DNA of 64,000 bases from an uncultured Spirochaetales bacterium (GTDB taxonomy: Bacteria; UBP6; UBA1177). The notes below the pieces were generated by a model that ran no database searches, had not been told where the DNA came from, and worked only from the letters and a program-made list of their open reading frames with translations. A program made the position numbers and the translations under genes. Where the stretch lies: positions 6,232-70,231 of the forward strand of contig CAZVWR010000006.1 of assembly GCA_964630905.1 (NCBI GenBank), written 5' to 3'. Below, piece after piece: positions 37,791 to 47,987 of the stretch; position 1 is the first letter of the stretch, and every line of letters starts with the position of its first letter.

Positions 37791-40700
37791 TTATGAATCG
37801 AGCGTGCAGCCCTCATCTATCTGACCGTTACAGTTATTGTCTTTTTCATCACAAATTTCAGGTTCCGGAATGCAGCCGGGAGGAGGAGGACAACCTTCAT
37901 CAATTTCACCGTCACAATCGTTATCTATTCCGTCTTCACATATTTCAGCCTCTGGAACACAGACATCGCAACCCTCGTCAATGTCACCGTCACAGTCGTT
38001 ATCTTTTGTGTCACAGCTTTCCGGTTCAGGGACACATGTCGGATCGCATCCTTCATCTATCTTTCCATCGCAATCGTTGTCTTTGTTATCTCCGCATATT
38101 TCAGGGCTTGGAATACATGTCGGGCAACCTTCGTCCACATTACCGTCACAGTCATTATCTGTTTTATCCCAGCAGATTTCCGGTTTCGGTATGCAACCGC
38201 CGCTTCCAGGGCATCCTTCATCAACAGATCCGTTACAGTCGTTATCTATTCCGTCACCGCAAACTTCAGGACCTGTCGGGACACAGCTTGGGGTACATCC
38301 TTCATCGATCATGCTGTTGCAGTCGTTATCTATTCCGTCACCGCAAACTTCAGGACCGGTGGGAGTACAATCAGGAGTTGTCGGGCATCCTTCATCTATC
38401 TGTCCGTTGCAATTGTTATCTATTCCGTCACCGCAAACTTCAGGACCTGTCGGGACACAGCCGGAATAAGTGCAGCCCTCATCAACTATGTCATCACAGT
38501 CATTGTCAAATCCGTCACAGACTTCAGGCTGAGGAATACAAGTCGGACAACCATTGTCAACAATTTCGTCGCAGTCATTATCAAGTCCGTCTCCGCAGAT
38601 CTCCGGTTCGACAATACATCCGCCCGGATCGCAGTTTTCATCGATCAGTCCGTTGCAGTTGTTGTCAATGCCGTCATCACAGACTTCGGGGCCTGTCGGA
38701 ATACATGCAGGACATCCATCATCAATGATTCCGTCGCAGTCGTTATCAGTATTATCTCCGCAGATCTCCCATCCGCAGTCACATGTTATTCCGTCATCAA
38801 CGAGTCCATTACAGTTGTTGTCCTGATAGTCACACACTTCATTTGTCGGGGTGCAAGTAACCTTACATGCAACTCTAATGTTTACACCTACTTTGGAAGG
38901 ATCACTTGAAGAAGAAGCATAACTCTTGAGGTCGTTGCATGACTGTCCATTCAGTTCAAGAGTCTGTGTTCCGCCATCATATGTCCATCCGTTCGGAGTC
39001 CCGGGTGCTACAGAATAGAAAGTTCCGTTATTATCAATTCTTACCTGCATTCTTGTCGGGTCGTCGTTGCCTCCGTTAAGAGGAACTGTGACAGTGCACG
39101 GTATCATGGAGGCAGAAATTGAATTAAGTGCCGCAATGATGCTGTTGGTGTCAGTGATCTTATACCATGTGGTTGTTCCGCCTGCCGCAGCAAGTTGTAC
39201 CATATTGCTTTCGTTAACTCCTGCAAATCCCATATAATAAACTTTTATTCCGGCATTTTTAAGATTCGTTGTGTAAGTCAGTGCGTCAGACATACTGAAA
39301 TCGGCTGATTCAGCGTCTGTAATGACAACAACTGCCTTTCCTCTATCTGCAGAAAGGGTATCAGGTGTAAATTCGTAGTATTGTCTGATCCTTGTGTTGT
39401 TAAGTGCATAAGGAAGCGGTGTTCCTCCGTTAGGGGAGACATTGCACGGACTAAAATTGGCAAATGTAACATTATTTCTTAGATCGATACACTCTTTCGG
39501 TTCATCACTGTCACTGCTTGTTCCCGGAAAGTATGCTGCTCCGACATTAAAATCTGTTGAGAGCTGAGTGGCTTTTGAATTAAGAGCAGACATCAGCACT
39601 TCCCATCTGGTTCCGGGATCATTGCATTCACCCCATCCGTCATCTCCGTTTGTGCAGGCATCCATCGATCCCGAATTATCAAGAAGGAAGTAAACATTGG
39701 GCTTGATCCTTGTTCCGGTGACATCAGCGGTTTCACAAGGTGTCGGGACAGTTATTGCTTCACAGGCATCACCGATCCCGTTTGCAGGATTTGTGTCAAC
39801 CTGATTAAAGTTTGCTATATTGGGGCAGTTGTCACAGACATCACCCACACCGTCACCGTCTGCATCAGCCTGTCCTGCATTTGAAACTTCAGGGCAGTTG
39901 TCATAAGGGTTTTCAACTCCGTCACCGTCAATATCATTGTCATACGGTTCCTCTTCACAGGCATCACCGGTTCCGTTACTGTTTGAATCTGCCTGATTGA
40001 AGTTCGCGGCAAGAGGACAGTTGTCACAGACATCGCCTACACCGTCACCGTCAAAATCAGCCTGTCCTGAATTGCTTACGGATGGGCAGTTATCAACAGA
40101 ATTAGGAATAGTGTCTCCATCGCTGTCAGCACATGCGGAAGGATCCTGATTTGCATTTGCAACAGTAGGACAGTTGTCGCACACATTGCCGACTTTGTCA
40201 CCGTCGCTGTCTTCCTGATCCGCATTGGCAAGGGTCGGGCAGTTGTCTTCCCAGTCATAAAGTCCGTCATTGTCTCCATCTGCATCAGCACAGACTGTCG
40301 GATCCTGATCGGCATTCGGAATTGCAGGACAGTTGTCACAGGCGTTGCCGACTTTATCTCCATCTGTATCAAGCTGATCAGCATTGGCAACGGAAGGGCA
40401 GTTGTCTTCCCAGTCAAAAAGCCCGTCTTTATCCGAATCAGCCGCTTCACAGGTCGCTATATCCTGATTGGCATTCGGTATAAGAGGACAATTGTCGCAT
40501 GCGTCACCGACACCGTCTTTATCTGTATCTGTCTGTGAAGGATTTGAAACCGTCGGACAGTTGTCGTCCCAGTTGACAAATCCGTCACCATCGACATCAA
40601 TTGTTGCAGATTCACAGGCATTACCTGTTCCGTTGCTGTTACTGTCTGCCTGATTGGCATTTGCAATTGCAGGACAGTTGTCACAGACATTTCCCACCCC

Positions 40701-42440
40701 GTCCTTGTCTCCATCTTCCTGTCCGGGATTATAAACATCTGGACAGTTATCGTCCCAGTTGTAAAGTCCGTCGTCGTCAGGATCTGCATCTTCACAGGCG
40801 TCACCGATACCATTGCTGTTTGAATCTGTCTGAAGAGCATTAGCGATCGGAACGCAGTTGTCACAGGCATCGCCTATTCCATCACCGTCAGTATCTGTCT
40901 GAGCGTCATTGGAAACAGTCGGGCAGTTGTCATAAATATCATCTATACCGTCGCTGTCGCTATCGGTAACAGCAGGTTCACAGGCATTTCCAGTGCCGTT
41001 GGTGTCATCATCAAGCTGGTTGTAATTTGCCACATTTGGACAGTTGTCACAGACATCGCCGATCCCGTCTTTATCTGTATCAAGCTGATCATTGTTTGCA
41101 ATATCCGGACAGTTGTCGGTAGCATCAACAATTCCGTCACTGTCGCTATCGGTATTAAGCGGACTTTCCTGACAGACATCACCCATTCCGTTGCTGTCAG
41201 AATCAAGCTGATCATAATTCGCAAAAAGAGGACAGTTGTCACATGCATCTCCAAGAAGGTCGCCGTCGCTGTCTTTCTGGTCAGAATTCGGAACTGTCGG
41301 ACAATTATCAGCACTGTCAAGGATACCGTCGCTATCTGTGTCAACATTCTCACAGGCGTTTCCTTCTCCATCGGTATCATCATCAAGCTGATCGGCATTT
41401 GCAACGGCAGGGCAGTTATCACAGGCATCACCCACACCGTCACCGTCTGAATCGACCTGACCGGGATTATGAGTGTTTTCGCAGTTGTCAGATTCGTCAG
41501 GAATACCGTCCCCATCCTTGTCATTGGGTTCGCAGGCGTTCCCTACACCGTTTCCGTCATAGTCAAGCTGTTTTGAATTTGCTACTTCAGGACAGTTATC
41601 GCAAATATCACCGATTCCGTCTTTGTCAAGATCTTCCTGATCCGGATTGGATGCATATCTGCAGTTATCATTAAAATCAAGGATTCCATCCTCATCTGTA
41701 TCAACAGGTTCACAAGCGTCACCTACATCGTTGGAATCCGAGTTTATCTGATCGTGGTTTGCTGTATAGACGCAATTGTCACATACATCACCAATGCCGT
41801 CACTGTCTGTATCAAGCTGATCTGAGTTTTCGATGAAAGGGCAGTTGTCAACAAGATCTCTGAATCCGTCATGGTCTGTGTCAAGAAGGAGTGTATCGTT
41901 CTGGCAGACATCACCGACACCGTCCTTATCTGTATCGGTCTGTTTAATATTGGCGTGATTCGGGCAGTTGTCACAGACATCACCTTTTCTGTCTTTGTCA
42001 GCATCGAGCTGGTCGGCATTTTTGATGTCAGGACAATTATCATTGCAATCCATAATCCCGTCACCGTCTGTATCAAAGTCAAGAACATCGCATCCGCAAA
42101 TTCCGGGATCTGTTTTTTCAGGATTGTCGGGACAGAGGTCGATTATGTCTTCATCTGTTTCAACAATATTGTCCGGGTCTTCATTGTCAACAGGTTCATC
42201 ATCATCCGGAATAACCTCGTTATCTTCAGGCTGATTATCATCTTTTTTCACAGTATCCTTGTCGGGAACTGTAACTTCATCATCTGTTACAGGAAGGGAG
42301 TCTGACGAACCTTCATCATCGGTAATGTTGTTTGTGTCATTACCGCCTGTGTTGTCATCAACCTTGCTTTTTTTCCCGCTGTCACAGGATGCAAAGAAAA
42401 TAATTGAAAAGATTACAATAATAAAAGAAAGTTTCTTCAT
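37791..42440 (-). CDS. giant surface lipoprotein with thrombospondin type-3 repeats, a VWA domain and MopE-like Cys-rich repeats
   Basis: Lipobox FFASCDSG. There are more than 15 TSP3 units (D.D.DG..D..DNCP...N..Q.D.D.DG.GD.CDNC). The VWA MIDAS motif is VYFLLDNSGSM. About 13 C-terminal repeats fit EVCGDGIDNDCNG.IDEGC, a MopE-like putative metal-binding motif. Confidence 0.8.
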   Translation of the reverse strand: MKKLSFIIVIFSIIFFASCDSGKKSKVDDNTGGNDTNNITDDEGSSDSLPVTDDEVTVPDKDTVKKDDNQPEDNEVIPDDDEPVDNEDPDNIVETDEDIIDLCPDNPEKTDPGICGCDVLDFDTDGDGIMDCNDNCPDIKNADQLDADKDRKGDVCDNCPNHANIKQTDTDKDGVGDVCQNDTLLLDTDHDGFRDLVDNCPFIENSDQLDTDSDGIGDVCDNCVYTANHDQINSDSNDVGDACEPVDTDEDGILDFNDNCRYASNPDQEDLDKDGIGDICDNCPEVANSKQLDYDGNGVGNACEPNDKDGDGIPDESDNCENTHNPGQVDSDGDGVGDACDNCPAVANADQLDDDTDGEGNACENVDTDSDGILDSADNCPTVPNSDQKDSDGDLLGDACDNCPLFANYDQLDSDSNGMGDVCQESPLNTDSDSDGIVDATDNCPDIANNDQLDTDKDGIGDVCDNCPNVANYNQLDDDTNGTGNACEPAVTDSDSDGIDDIYDNCPTVSNDAQTDTDGDGIGDACDNCVPIANALQTDSNSNGIGDACEDADPDDDGLYNWDDNCPDVYNPGQEDGDKDGVGNVCDNCPAIANANQADSNSNGTGNACESATIDVDGDGFVNWDDNCPTVSNPSQTDTDKDGVGDACDNCPLIPNANQDIATCEAADSDKDGLFDWEDNCPSVANADQLDTDGDKVGNACDNCPAIPNADQDPTVCADADGDNDGLYDWEDNCPTLANADQEDSDGDKVGNVCDNCPTVANANQDPSACADSDGDTIPNSVDNCPSVSNSGQADFDGDGVGDVCDNCPLAANFNQADSNSNGTGDACEEEPYDNDIDGDGVENPYDNCPEVSNAGQADADGDGVGDVCDNCPNIANFNQVDTNPANGIGDACEAITVPTPCETADVTGTRIKPNVYFLLDNSGSMDACTNGDDGWGECNDPGTRWEVLMSALNSKATQLSTDFNVGAAYFPGTSSDSDEPKECIDLRNNVTFANFSPCNVSPNGGTPLPYALNNTRIRQYYEFTPDTLSADRGKAVVVITDAESADFSMSDALTYTTNLKNAGIKVYYMGFAGVNESNMVQLAAAGGTTTWYKITDTNSIIAALNSISASMIPCTVTVPLNGGNDDPTRMQVRIDNNGTFYSVAPGTPNGWTYDGGTQTLELNGQSCNDLKSYASSSSDPSKVGVNIRVACKVTCTPTNEVCDYQDNNCNGLVDDGITCDCGWEICGDNTDNDCDGIIDDGCPACIPTGPEVCDDGIDNNCNGLIDENCDPGGCIVEPEICGDGLDNDCDEIVDNGCPTCIPQPEVCDGFDNDCDDIVDEGCTYSGCVPTGPEVCGDGIDNNCNGQIDEGCPTTPDCTPTGPEVCGDGIDNDCNSMIDEGCTPSCVPTGPEVCGDGIDNDCNGSVDEGCPGSGGCIPKPEICWDKTDNDCDGNVDEGCPTCIPSPEICGDNKDNDCDGKIDEGCDPTCVPEPESCDTKDNDCDGDIDEGCDVCVPEAEICEDGIDNDCDGEIDEGCPPPPGCIPEPEICDEKDNNCNGQIDEGCTLDS

Positions 42441-42520
42441 TGAATTCCCCCGAAATAAACAATATTATAATTTCTTATAGCACATAAATATTATTTCTAT
42501 CTTTATTTTTGTCAAGTAGT

Positions 42521-43225
42521 CTATAGTTTGTTGAAATCTATAGTGTTTTTCTTTGCAGCTTTTGAAATTGTTTCAATGAACTCTTTTCTGCTGATGAATT
42601 CAGCTCCAAGTGACTTTAAATGTTCAGTTTCGACCTGACAGTCAACGATGGGGCACCTTGCTTTCTCAAGCACTTGCATAAATGTTATGAAAGCCGCTTT
42701 TGAGGCGTTTTCGTATATTGAGAACATGCTTTCTCCAAAAAAGGCCTTTCCGAGCATCACTCCGTAAAGTCCTCCGGCAAGATTACCGGTTCCTGCCACC
42801 CATGCTTCAACGCTGATGGCGTATCCGAGCCGGTGAAGTTCATTGTACGATTTTTCCATCTCATCTGTAATCCATGTACCTTCCTGTCTAACCCGTACCT
42901 CATGCCGGCAGCGGCTTATTACTTGAGGGAACGCTTTGTTGAAAGTGATCTCGAAAACCCCTTTTTTGAGCAGTTTGCCCATGCTTTTTGAAACATGAAC
43001 TTTTTCAGGGAAGATCACAAACCTCGGATCAGGCGACCACCAGAGTATTTTATTGCCAAGATAGTTGAACTTGCTGTTTTCCGAGTACCACGGGAATATT
43101 CCTGATCTGTAGGCAAGAAGAAGCCGCTCTGGAGAAAGATCTCCGCCTATTGCAAGAAGTCCGTCGGGTTCAGAATGTTCAACAGGTGGAAAATCTAAAA
43201 TGTCAGGAGAAAGGGCATATATCAT
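42521..43225 (-). CDS. aat: leucyl/phenylalanyl-tRNA--protein transferase
   Basis: GGLYGVMLGKAFFGESMFS motif. 234 aa. ATGA overlap with the clpA stop. Confidence 0.85.
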   Translation of the reverse strand: MIYALSPDILDFPPVEHSEPDGLLAIGGDLSPERLLLAYRSGIFPWYSENSKFNYLGNKILWWSPDPRFVIFPEKVHVSKSMGKLLKKGVFEITFNKAFPQVISRCRHEVRVRQEGTWITDEMEKSYNELHRLGYAISVEAWVAGTGNLAGGLYGVMLGKAFFGESMFSIYENASKAAFITFMQVLEKARCPIVDCQVETEHLKSLGAEFISRKEFIETISKAAKKNTIDFNKL

Positions 43226-45480
43226 TTTGAAATGTTTCTGATGACAAGTTCTTCTTTGTTTATGTCAATATTTACAGTCCCCCCTTTCCTGAGTTTTCCG
43301 AAAAGTATTTCATCAAGAAGGAGTTTCTCCATTTTCTCTTCAACGATCCGTGCTGTTTCTCTCGCACCGAATTCCTTGGAAAAACCGATAGTTGAAAGAT
43401 GTTCAACCGCTTTATCCGTTATATTTATCGTAATCTTCTTTTCAGCCATGCGGATTCCCAGTTCACGGATATTTTTCAAGACGATATTTTTAACGATCTC
43501 GGGATTAAGCGGCTGAAAATAAACTATGGAATCAAGACGGTTCCTGAACTCAGGCGAAAATGTTCTGTTCACTGCATCAATAAGTGCTGACGATTCAAAT
43601 TTTCTTTCGCCAAAACCAGTCATGGCTTTGCCTATCGATTTTGCTCCTGCATTGGAAGTCATTATAATTATTGAGTTTTTAAAGTCAGCTTTTCTTCCGG
43701 CACTATCAGTAAGAGTTGCATAGTCCATTATCTGAAGCAGAGAGTTGTAAATATCGGAATGGGCTTTTTCTATTTCATCAAGCAGTAACACACACGATGA
43801 CTGTTTTCTTATCGCTTCTGTCAGCAGGCCCCCTTCTTCATATCCGACATATCCCGGAGGTGCTCCGAACAGTTTTGCAACAGTGTGTTTTTCCTGATAT
43901 TCGCTCATGTCGAAACGGTGGAGAGGGAGTTCAAGTTTTTTTGCAAGAACCCGTGCAAGTTCAGTTTTTCCAACGCCGGTCGGACCTGCAAAAAGGAATG
44001 ATGCGACAGGTTTTTCAACAGGCTTAAACCCCGCCATGCTCCTCTTGACTGCTTTAACAACATTTTCAACGGCATTTGACTGACCGAATATTTCACTTGA
44101 TATTTCAGTTTCGAGGTTTTTAAGTGCTTTGAGCTTGTCAACGCTGACAGTATTCTCTTTCTTTCCTGTTGCAATTGCTATTACCTGTTCTATCTGCTCT
44201 TTCTTTATTGTTTTCAGTGGGTTAGTGCTCATTGCGTTGAGAGATCCCGCTTCGTCGATTATGTCAATGGCTTTATCGGGAAGAAATCTTTCGGAAATGT
44301 ATCTGCTTGAAAGTTCAGCGGCCGCTTTCAATGCATCATCGTGGTATTTAACTTTGTGAAACTGCGCATAGTTTTTGGACAGACCGCGAAGGATCTCAAT
44401 AGTCTGAGCGATCGTCGGTTCAGGAATATCAATCTTCTGGAATCTTCTTGTGAGTGCCGAATCCTTTTCAAAATGTTTTCTGTATTCATCATAAGTTGTC
44501 GCTCCGATGAACTTTATCAATCCATCTGTAAGAAGCGGTTTGAGCATATTTGAAGCGTCAATGCTTGAGCTTCCGGCACTTCCGGCACCGACAAGTGTGT
44601 GAATTTCATCAATAAAAAGGATAAGATTGTCAACTTTCTCAAGGGCGGCAATTATCTTTTTCATTCTCTCTTCAAAGTCACCGCGGTATTTTGTTCCGGC
44701 AAGGACATTGCTGAGATCAAGTTTCAAAATTGTGTGGTTCAAAAGCTGATGCGGCACTTCACCTTTCACTATCATCTGTGCAAGGCCTTCTGTTATGGCT
44801 GTTTTGCCGACTCCCGGTTCTCCCACATGAACGGGATTGTTCTTTTTCCTTCTCAAAAGGACCTGGATCGTTCTTTTTAATATATCCTCTCTTCCTATGA
44901 TCGGGTCAAGTTCATTGTTGGTAGCTTTTTCTGTAAGGTCGGTTGTATATTTTTTCAAAAGTTTTTCAGGACTTATCTCTTTTCTTTCCCGCTTTCCAAT
45001 TCCAGGGATCTCTTCATCATCATCAGCGGAAATATCGTCATCTTCATCGTCTTTTTCCGTTAAACCGTGTGAAACCACAGAAAGCAGGTCATATCTTTCA
45101 AGTCCTTCATTTTTAAGAAGATATGAAGCAAATGATTCTTCAAGGTCATAAATTGCAACAAGGACATCTCCGAGTTCAACTGTCGCACGGTTGGAGCTTG
45201 CCGCCTTTGATGCGGCGTTGTTAAGCATAAGCTGGAATCCCTCAGACTGAATTACTTCTTTTTTTGCCTGAGATTTCGGTATGTTATGCTTGAGGTAGTC
45301 TTTCATCTCCTTTTTGAGGATATCAATGTTAAGCTGAAGCTGTTCAAGTATTTCCAGCCCGTCCGCATCAAAAAGGATGCTGTAGAAAACATGTTCTGCC
45401 GTGACATACTCATGTTTTTCGTTTTTCGCTTCGTAAAAAGCGGAAAGAATTATATTGTTTAGTCTTTTTTCAAGCTGCAT
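43222..45480 (-). CDS. clpA: ATP-dependent Clp protease ATP-binding subunit ClpA
   Basis: Two AAA+ modules (GEPGVGKTAI and GPTGVGKTELA) and an N-domain. 752 aa. The gene sits between clpS and aat. Confidence 0.9.
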   Translation of the reverse strand: MQLEKRLNNIILSAFYEAKNEKHEYVTAEHVFYSILFDADGLEILEQLQLNIDILKKEMKDYLKHNIPKSQAKKEVIQSEGFQLMLNNAASKAASSNRATVELGDVLVAIYDLEESFASYLLKNEGLERYDLLSVVSHGLTEKDDEDDDISADDDEEIPGIGKRERKEISPEKLLKKYTTDLTEKATNNELDPIIGREDILKRTIQVLLRRKKNNPVHVGEPGVGKTAITEGLAQMIVKGEVPHQLLNHTILKLDLSNVLAGTKYRGDFEERMKKIIAALEKVDNLILFIDEIHTLVGAGSAGSSSIDASNMLKPLLTDGLIKFIGATTYDEYRKHFEKDSALTRRFQKIDIPEPTIAQTIEILRGLSKNYAQFHKVKYHDDALKAAAELSSRYISERFLPDKAIDIIDEAGSLNAMSTNPLKTIKKEQIEQVIAIATGKKENTVSVDKLKALKNLETEISSEIFGQSNAVENVVKAVKRSMAGFKPVEKPVASFLFAGPTGVGKTELARVLAKKLELPLHRFDMSEYQEKHTVAKLFGAPPGYVGYEEGGLLTEAIRKQSSCVLLLDEIEKAHSDIYNSLLQIMDYATLTDSAGRKADFKNSIIIMTSNAGAKSIGKAMTGFGERKFESSALIDAVNRTFSPEFRNRLDSIVYFQPLNPEIVKNIVLKNIRELGIRMAEKKITINITDKAVEHLSTIGFSKEFGARETARIVEEKMEKLLLDEILFGKLRKGGTVNIDINKEELVIRNISK

Positions 45481-45483
45481 CAG

Positions 45484-45798
45484 TTACTCCTTTTCGATAA
45501 TACATTTCAGCGGAAACCCGCTTTTCTTAGCCTCGCTTTTCACCTGATTAACTTTTGTCAGTGCGATATCATAAGGATAAATTCCTGCGATCCCCTGACC
45601 GTTATGATGTATATTAAGCATGATCTCTGTCGCTTCAAGAGGGGACTTGCTGAAAAATTTCTTCAGAATATCAATGACAAACTCCATTGTCGTATAGTTG
45701 TCATTCAGCATTATCACCTTGTACATCGACGGCTTTTTCACTTTGCTCGCCGGACGGCTTTTGAGTTTTGTTGTCCCCTCAGGTGTAAGGCCTGCCAT
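45484..45798 (-). CDS. clpS: ATP-dependent Clp protease adaptor ClpS
   Basis: YKVIMLNDNYTTMEFVIDILKKFF core. 104 aa. It lies 3 nt upstream of clpA. Confidence 0.85.
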   Translation of the reverse strand: MAGLTPEGTTKLKSRPASKVKKPSMYKVIMLNDNYTTMEFVIDILKKFFSKSPLEATEIMLNIHHNGQGIAGIYPYDIALTKVNQVKSEAKKSGFPLKCIIEKE

Positions 45799-45942
45799 TT
45801 GTCACCCCGTTAAAAAACGGAGATTTCTACCACAAATCCCTGATTTTGTAAATATTTCAATTGTATGAGTTGATAATAACAACTTGCAATTTCTGTTTAA
45901 TACTTTAAAATTTATCCAGCTTTAAACATTTTGGAGGGAACA

Positions 45943-47910
45943 ATGAAAATAAAAACAGTTTCTTTTTTGTTTGTTGTGTTTTTCTGCACGGCATTAAGCG
46001 GGGTAATACACGGAAATATGATCGGTGGTGATCCGTATGAAAGCTGGGAAGACGGCGGACAGGATTTTTTCGTAATGTTCAACTCAAATATTGATAACAA
46101 ACTGACTCTTTTCGGTGAAGATACTGACAATCCGCAGGGTGATACCTGTGTTGATGAAAGTTTGTTCACTCTTACCGATTTTCATATTCCCGAAGATGCG
46201 ATAATCGAAAAGGCATATCTCATCTGGATGGGGGCAGTGGATCCTGCAAAGTTTGATGATCCGACAGACAACAGTGTAAAGCTTAAGTTCATTCAGGAAT
46301 CTGAACTTGATCCTGTCATCCATGAAGAAACCGTGACAGCCGGAACAACAGGGAAACTTTTGACAGATACTGGAAGTTTCGAGTTTGAATCGCTTTATTT
46401 TCAGGATGATGTGAAAAATGGATGCAGTGAATCGGAAGCTGGTCAAATTATTAAGGGACAATATCTCGGATATTTCACATATCGAGTTGATATTACTGGT
46501 TTTTTTGACAGAATTTCTGAAATGAACGCGGAACTGGAAAGACCTGAAGACGGGAAGTATTACGGAACTTATGTTTTCAGTGATCTTGACTGTACTGAGC
46601 ACGATTATTACCGGTGCAGCAATAAAATGTTAAGTTCATGGGCGATTTTCATTGTTTACCGTTCACAGCATATCAGACCGCAAAGGGTATATTTCTACAA
46701 CGGTCTTGCTTTCATCCATGGTGACAAATCAGTTGCATCAATCAGCGGTTTTGAACTCCGGAGAAACCCGTCCATCCATCTTACAACGATGATCGCAGGT
46801 GGAGATATCAAACCTGTAGAATTAAATCTTCCGGAAGAAGGAATTTTACTTCAAGGTGAAGGTGCCACGAGCAGGTTCCGTCTTTACAACGAATGCAATC
46901 CTCTTATGGGAAGCTATGTCGAGGTTTTTAATTCCGTTTCATCGATCGCAAACTGGAGTCTTGATGCGACAGAAAACATTAAATGTGTTTCCAATTTCGG
47001 TATTGATGTAGATACATTTGTTCTTGATAGTGATGACATCAATCTTCAGGAGCATTTGAAAAAAGGTAACACTTCAATGGAAATTACTCTTTCAGTCAAT
47101 CAGGATGAGATATTCACTAATTTCATGGTTCTTTCAGCTAACCAGACAGCAGAAGGTCCAAATTTCGATATTCCGCCTGAAGCAAGCGACCCGTCAAAAT
47201 CTCAGTTCAATTTTCCATATGACCGCGAAAAACATTTCTGTGCATGTCCATCAAACGATGATGGAAAAGTTAAGGATTATTACTGCGAAACTGTCAACAG
47301 CAGAAGGGAGTTCTTTTATTTTATCAAAGTTCAGAACTGGGGTGAAGATGATGCGGAAGATGTTGTGGTGAGTGATGAGCTTGATAAAAGTCTTGAATAT
47401 ATTCAGGGATCTACTGAAATGGCGACACAGTATTCTCCTGAACTTGATGTCTATACGGACTGGAAATTAATTCCTGACAAACCTGATGGAGTTTTTCCTC
47501 TTTCCGGAACAGGTTATAAAGTTGCTTCAAAAATGCTTTCGTGCGATCAGAGCAACTGGACATGTCAGGATACAGTTTTTATCAGATATAAAGTTAAGCC
47601 GAAAGCAGGTATGCCCAAAAGTTATTATTTTTCAAATATTGCTCTTATTAAAGACAAAAACAGCGATGAAGCTTATAAAACCAACCTGTCATATCCGCTT
47701 AAACTTAATCCCACAACCTGTGAAATTGACACAACCTGTCCTGCTCCGACCAGAGAAATGTGCGGAGGAGCTCCTTATCCATGCGGACCTGAGGATATTC
47801 CTTGCGATGATTCAGACAATATTGAAAACAATGATAATGACAACATAATTGATGACGAAAACTCAGATAATGATACAAATTCAACAGGTTGCGGCTGTTC
47901 TTTTTTATAG
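45943..47910 (+). CDS. secreted protein, paralog of 34642-36471, with acidic linker and C-terminal tag GCGCSFL
   Basis: Signal peptide MKIKTVSFLFVVFFCTALSG. RBS GGAGGG precedes the ATG at 45943; the ORF track starts at 45931. Conserved blocks are shared with the paralog. The C-terminus reads DNDNIIDDENSDNDTNSTGCGCSFL-COOH. Confidence 0.6.
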   Translation: MKIKTVSFLFVVFFCTALSGVIHGNMIGGDPYESWEDGGQDFFVMFNSNIDNKLTLFGEDTDNPQGDTCVDESLFTLTDFHIPEDAIIEKAYLIWMGAVDPAKFDDPTDNSVKLKFIQESELDPVIHEETVTAGTTGKLLTDTGSFEFESLYFQDDVKNGCSESEAGQIIKGQYLGYFTYRVDITGFFDRISEMNAELERPEDGKYYGTYVFSDLDCTEHDYYRCSNKMLSSWAIFIVYRSQHIRPQRVYFYNGLAFIHGDKSVASISGFELRRNPSIHLTTMIAGGDIKPVELNLPEEGILLQGEGATSRFRLYNECNPLMGSYVEVFNSVSSIANWSLDATENIKCVSNFGIDVDTFVLDSDDINLQEHLKKGNTSMEITLSVNQDEIFTNFMVLSANQTAEGPNFDIPPEASDPSKSQFNFPYDREKHFCACPSNDDGKVKDYYCETVNSRREFFYFIKVQNWGEDDAEDVVVSDELDKSLEYIQGSTEMATQYSPELDVYTDWKLIPDKPDGVFPLSGTGYKVASKMLSCDQSNWTCQDTVFIRYKVKPKAGMPKSYYFSNIALIKDKNSDEAYKTNLSYPLKLNPTTCEIDTTCPAPTREMCGGAPYPCGPEDIPCDDSDNIENNDNDNIIDDENSDNDTNSTGCGCSFL

Positions 47911-47987
47911 TTCAAGGTCAGGGGATTGCTTTTTCAAACAAACGCCGTATTATCAACAAGGTCTTTTTCGACGGTTCTTTCAAAATT

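Noticed and set aside
37772-38826. Plus-strand ORFs 37772-38728 (318 aa), 37837-38469 (210 aa) and 38554-38826, rich in His/Arg/Ser/Gln repeats
   Set aside because: They lie antisense to the MopE-like Cys/Asp/Gly repeat region of the giant TSP3 gene. Their low-complexity composition is the mirror image of the GAT/TGT/GGN repeats on the coding strand. They have no RBS and no recognisable motif, and the minus-strand gene has strong homology support.
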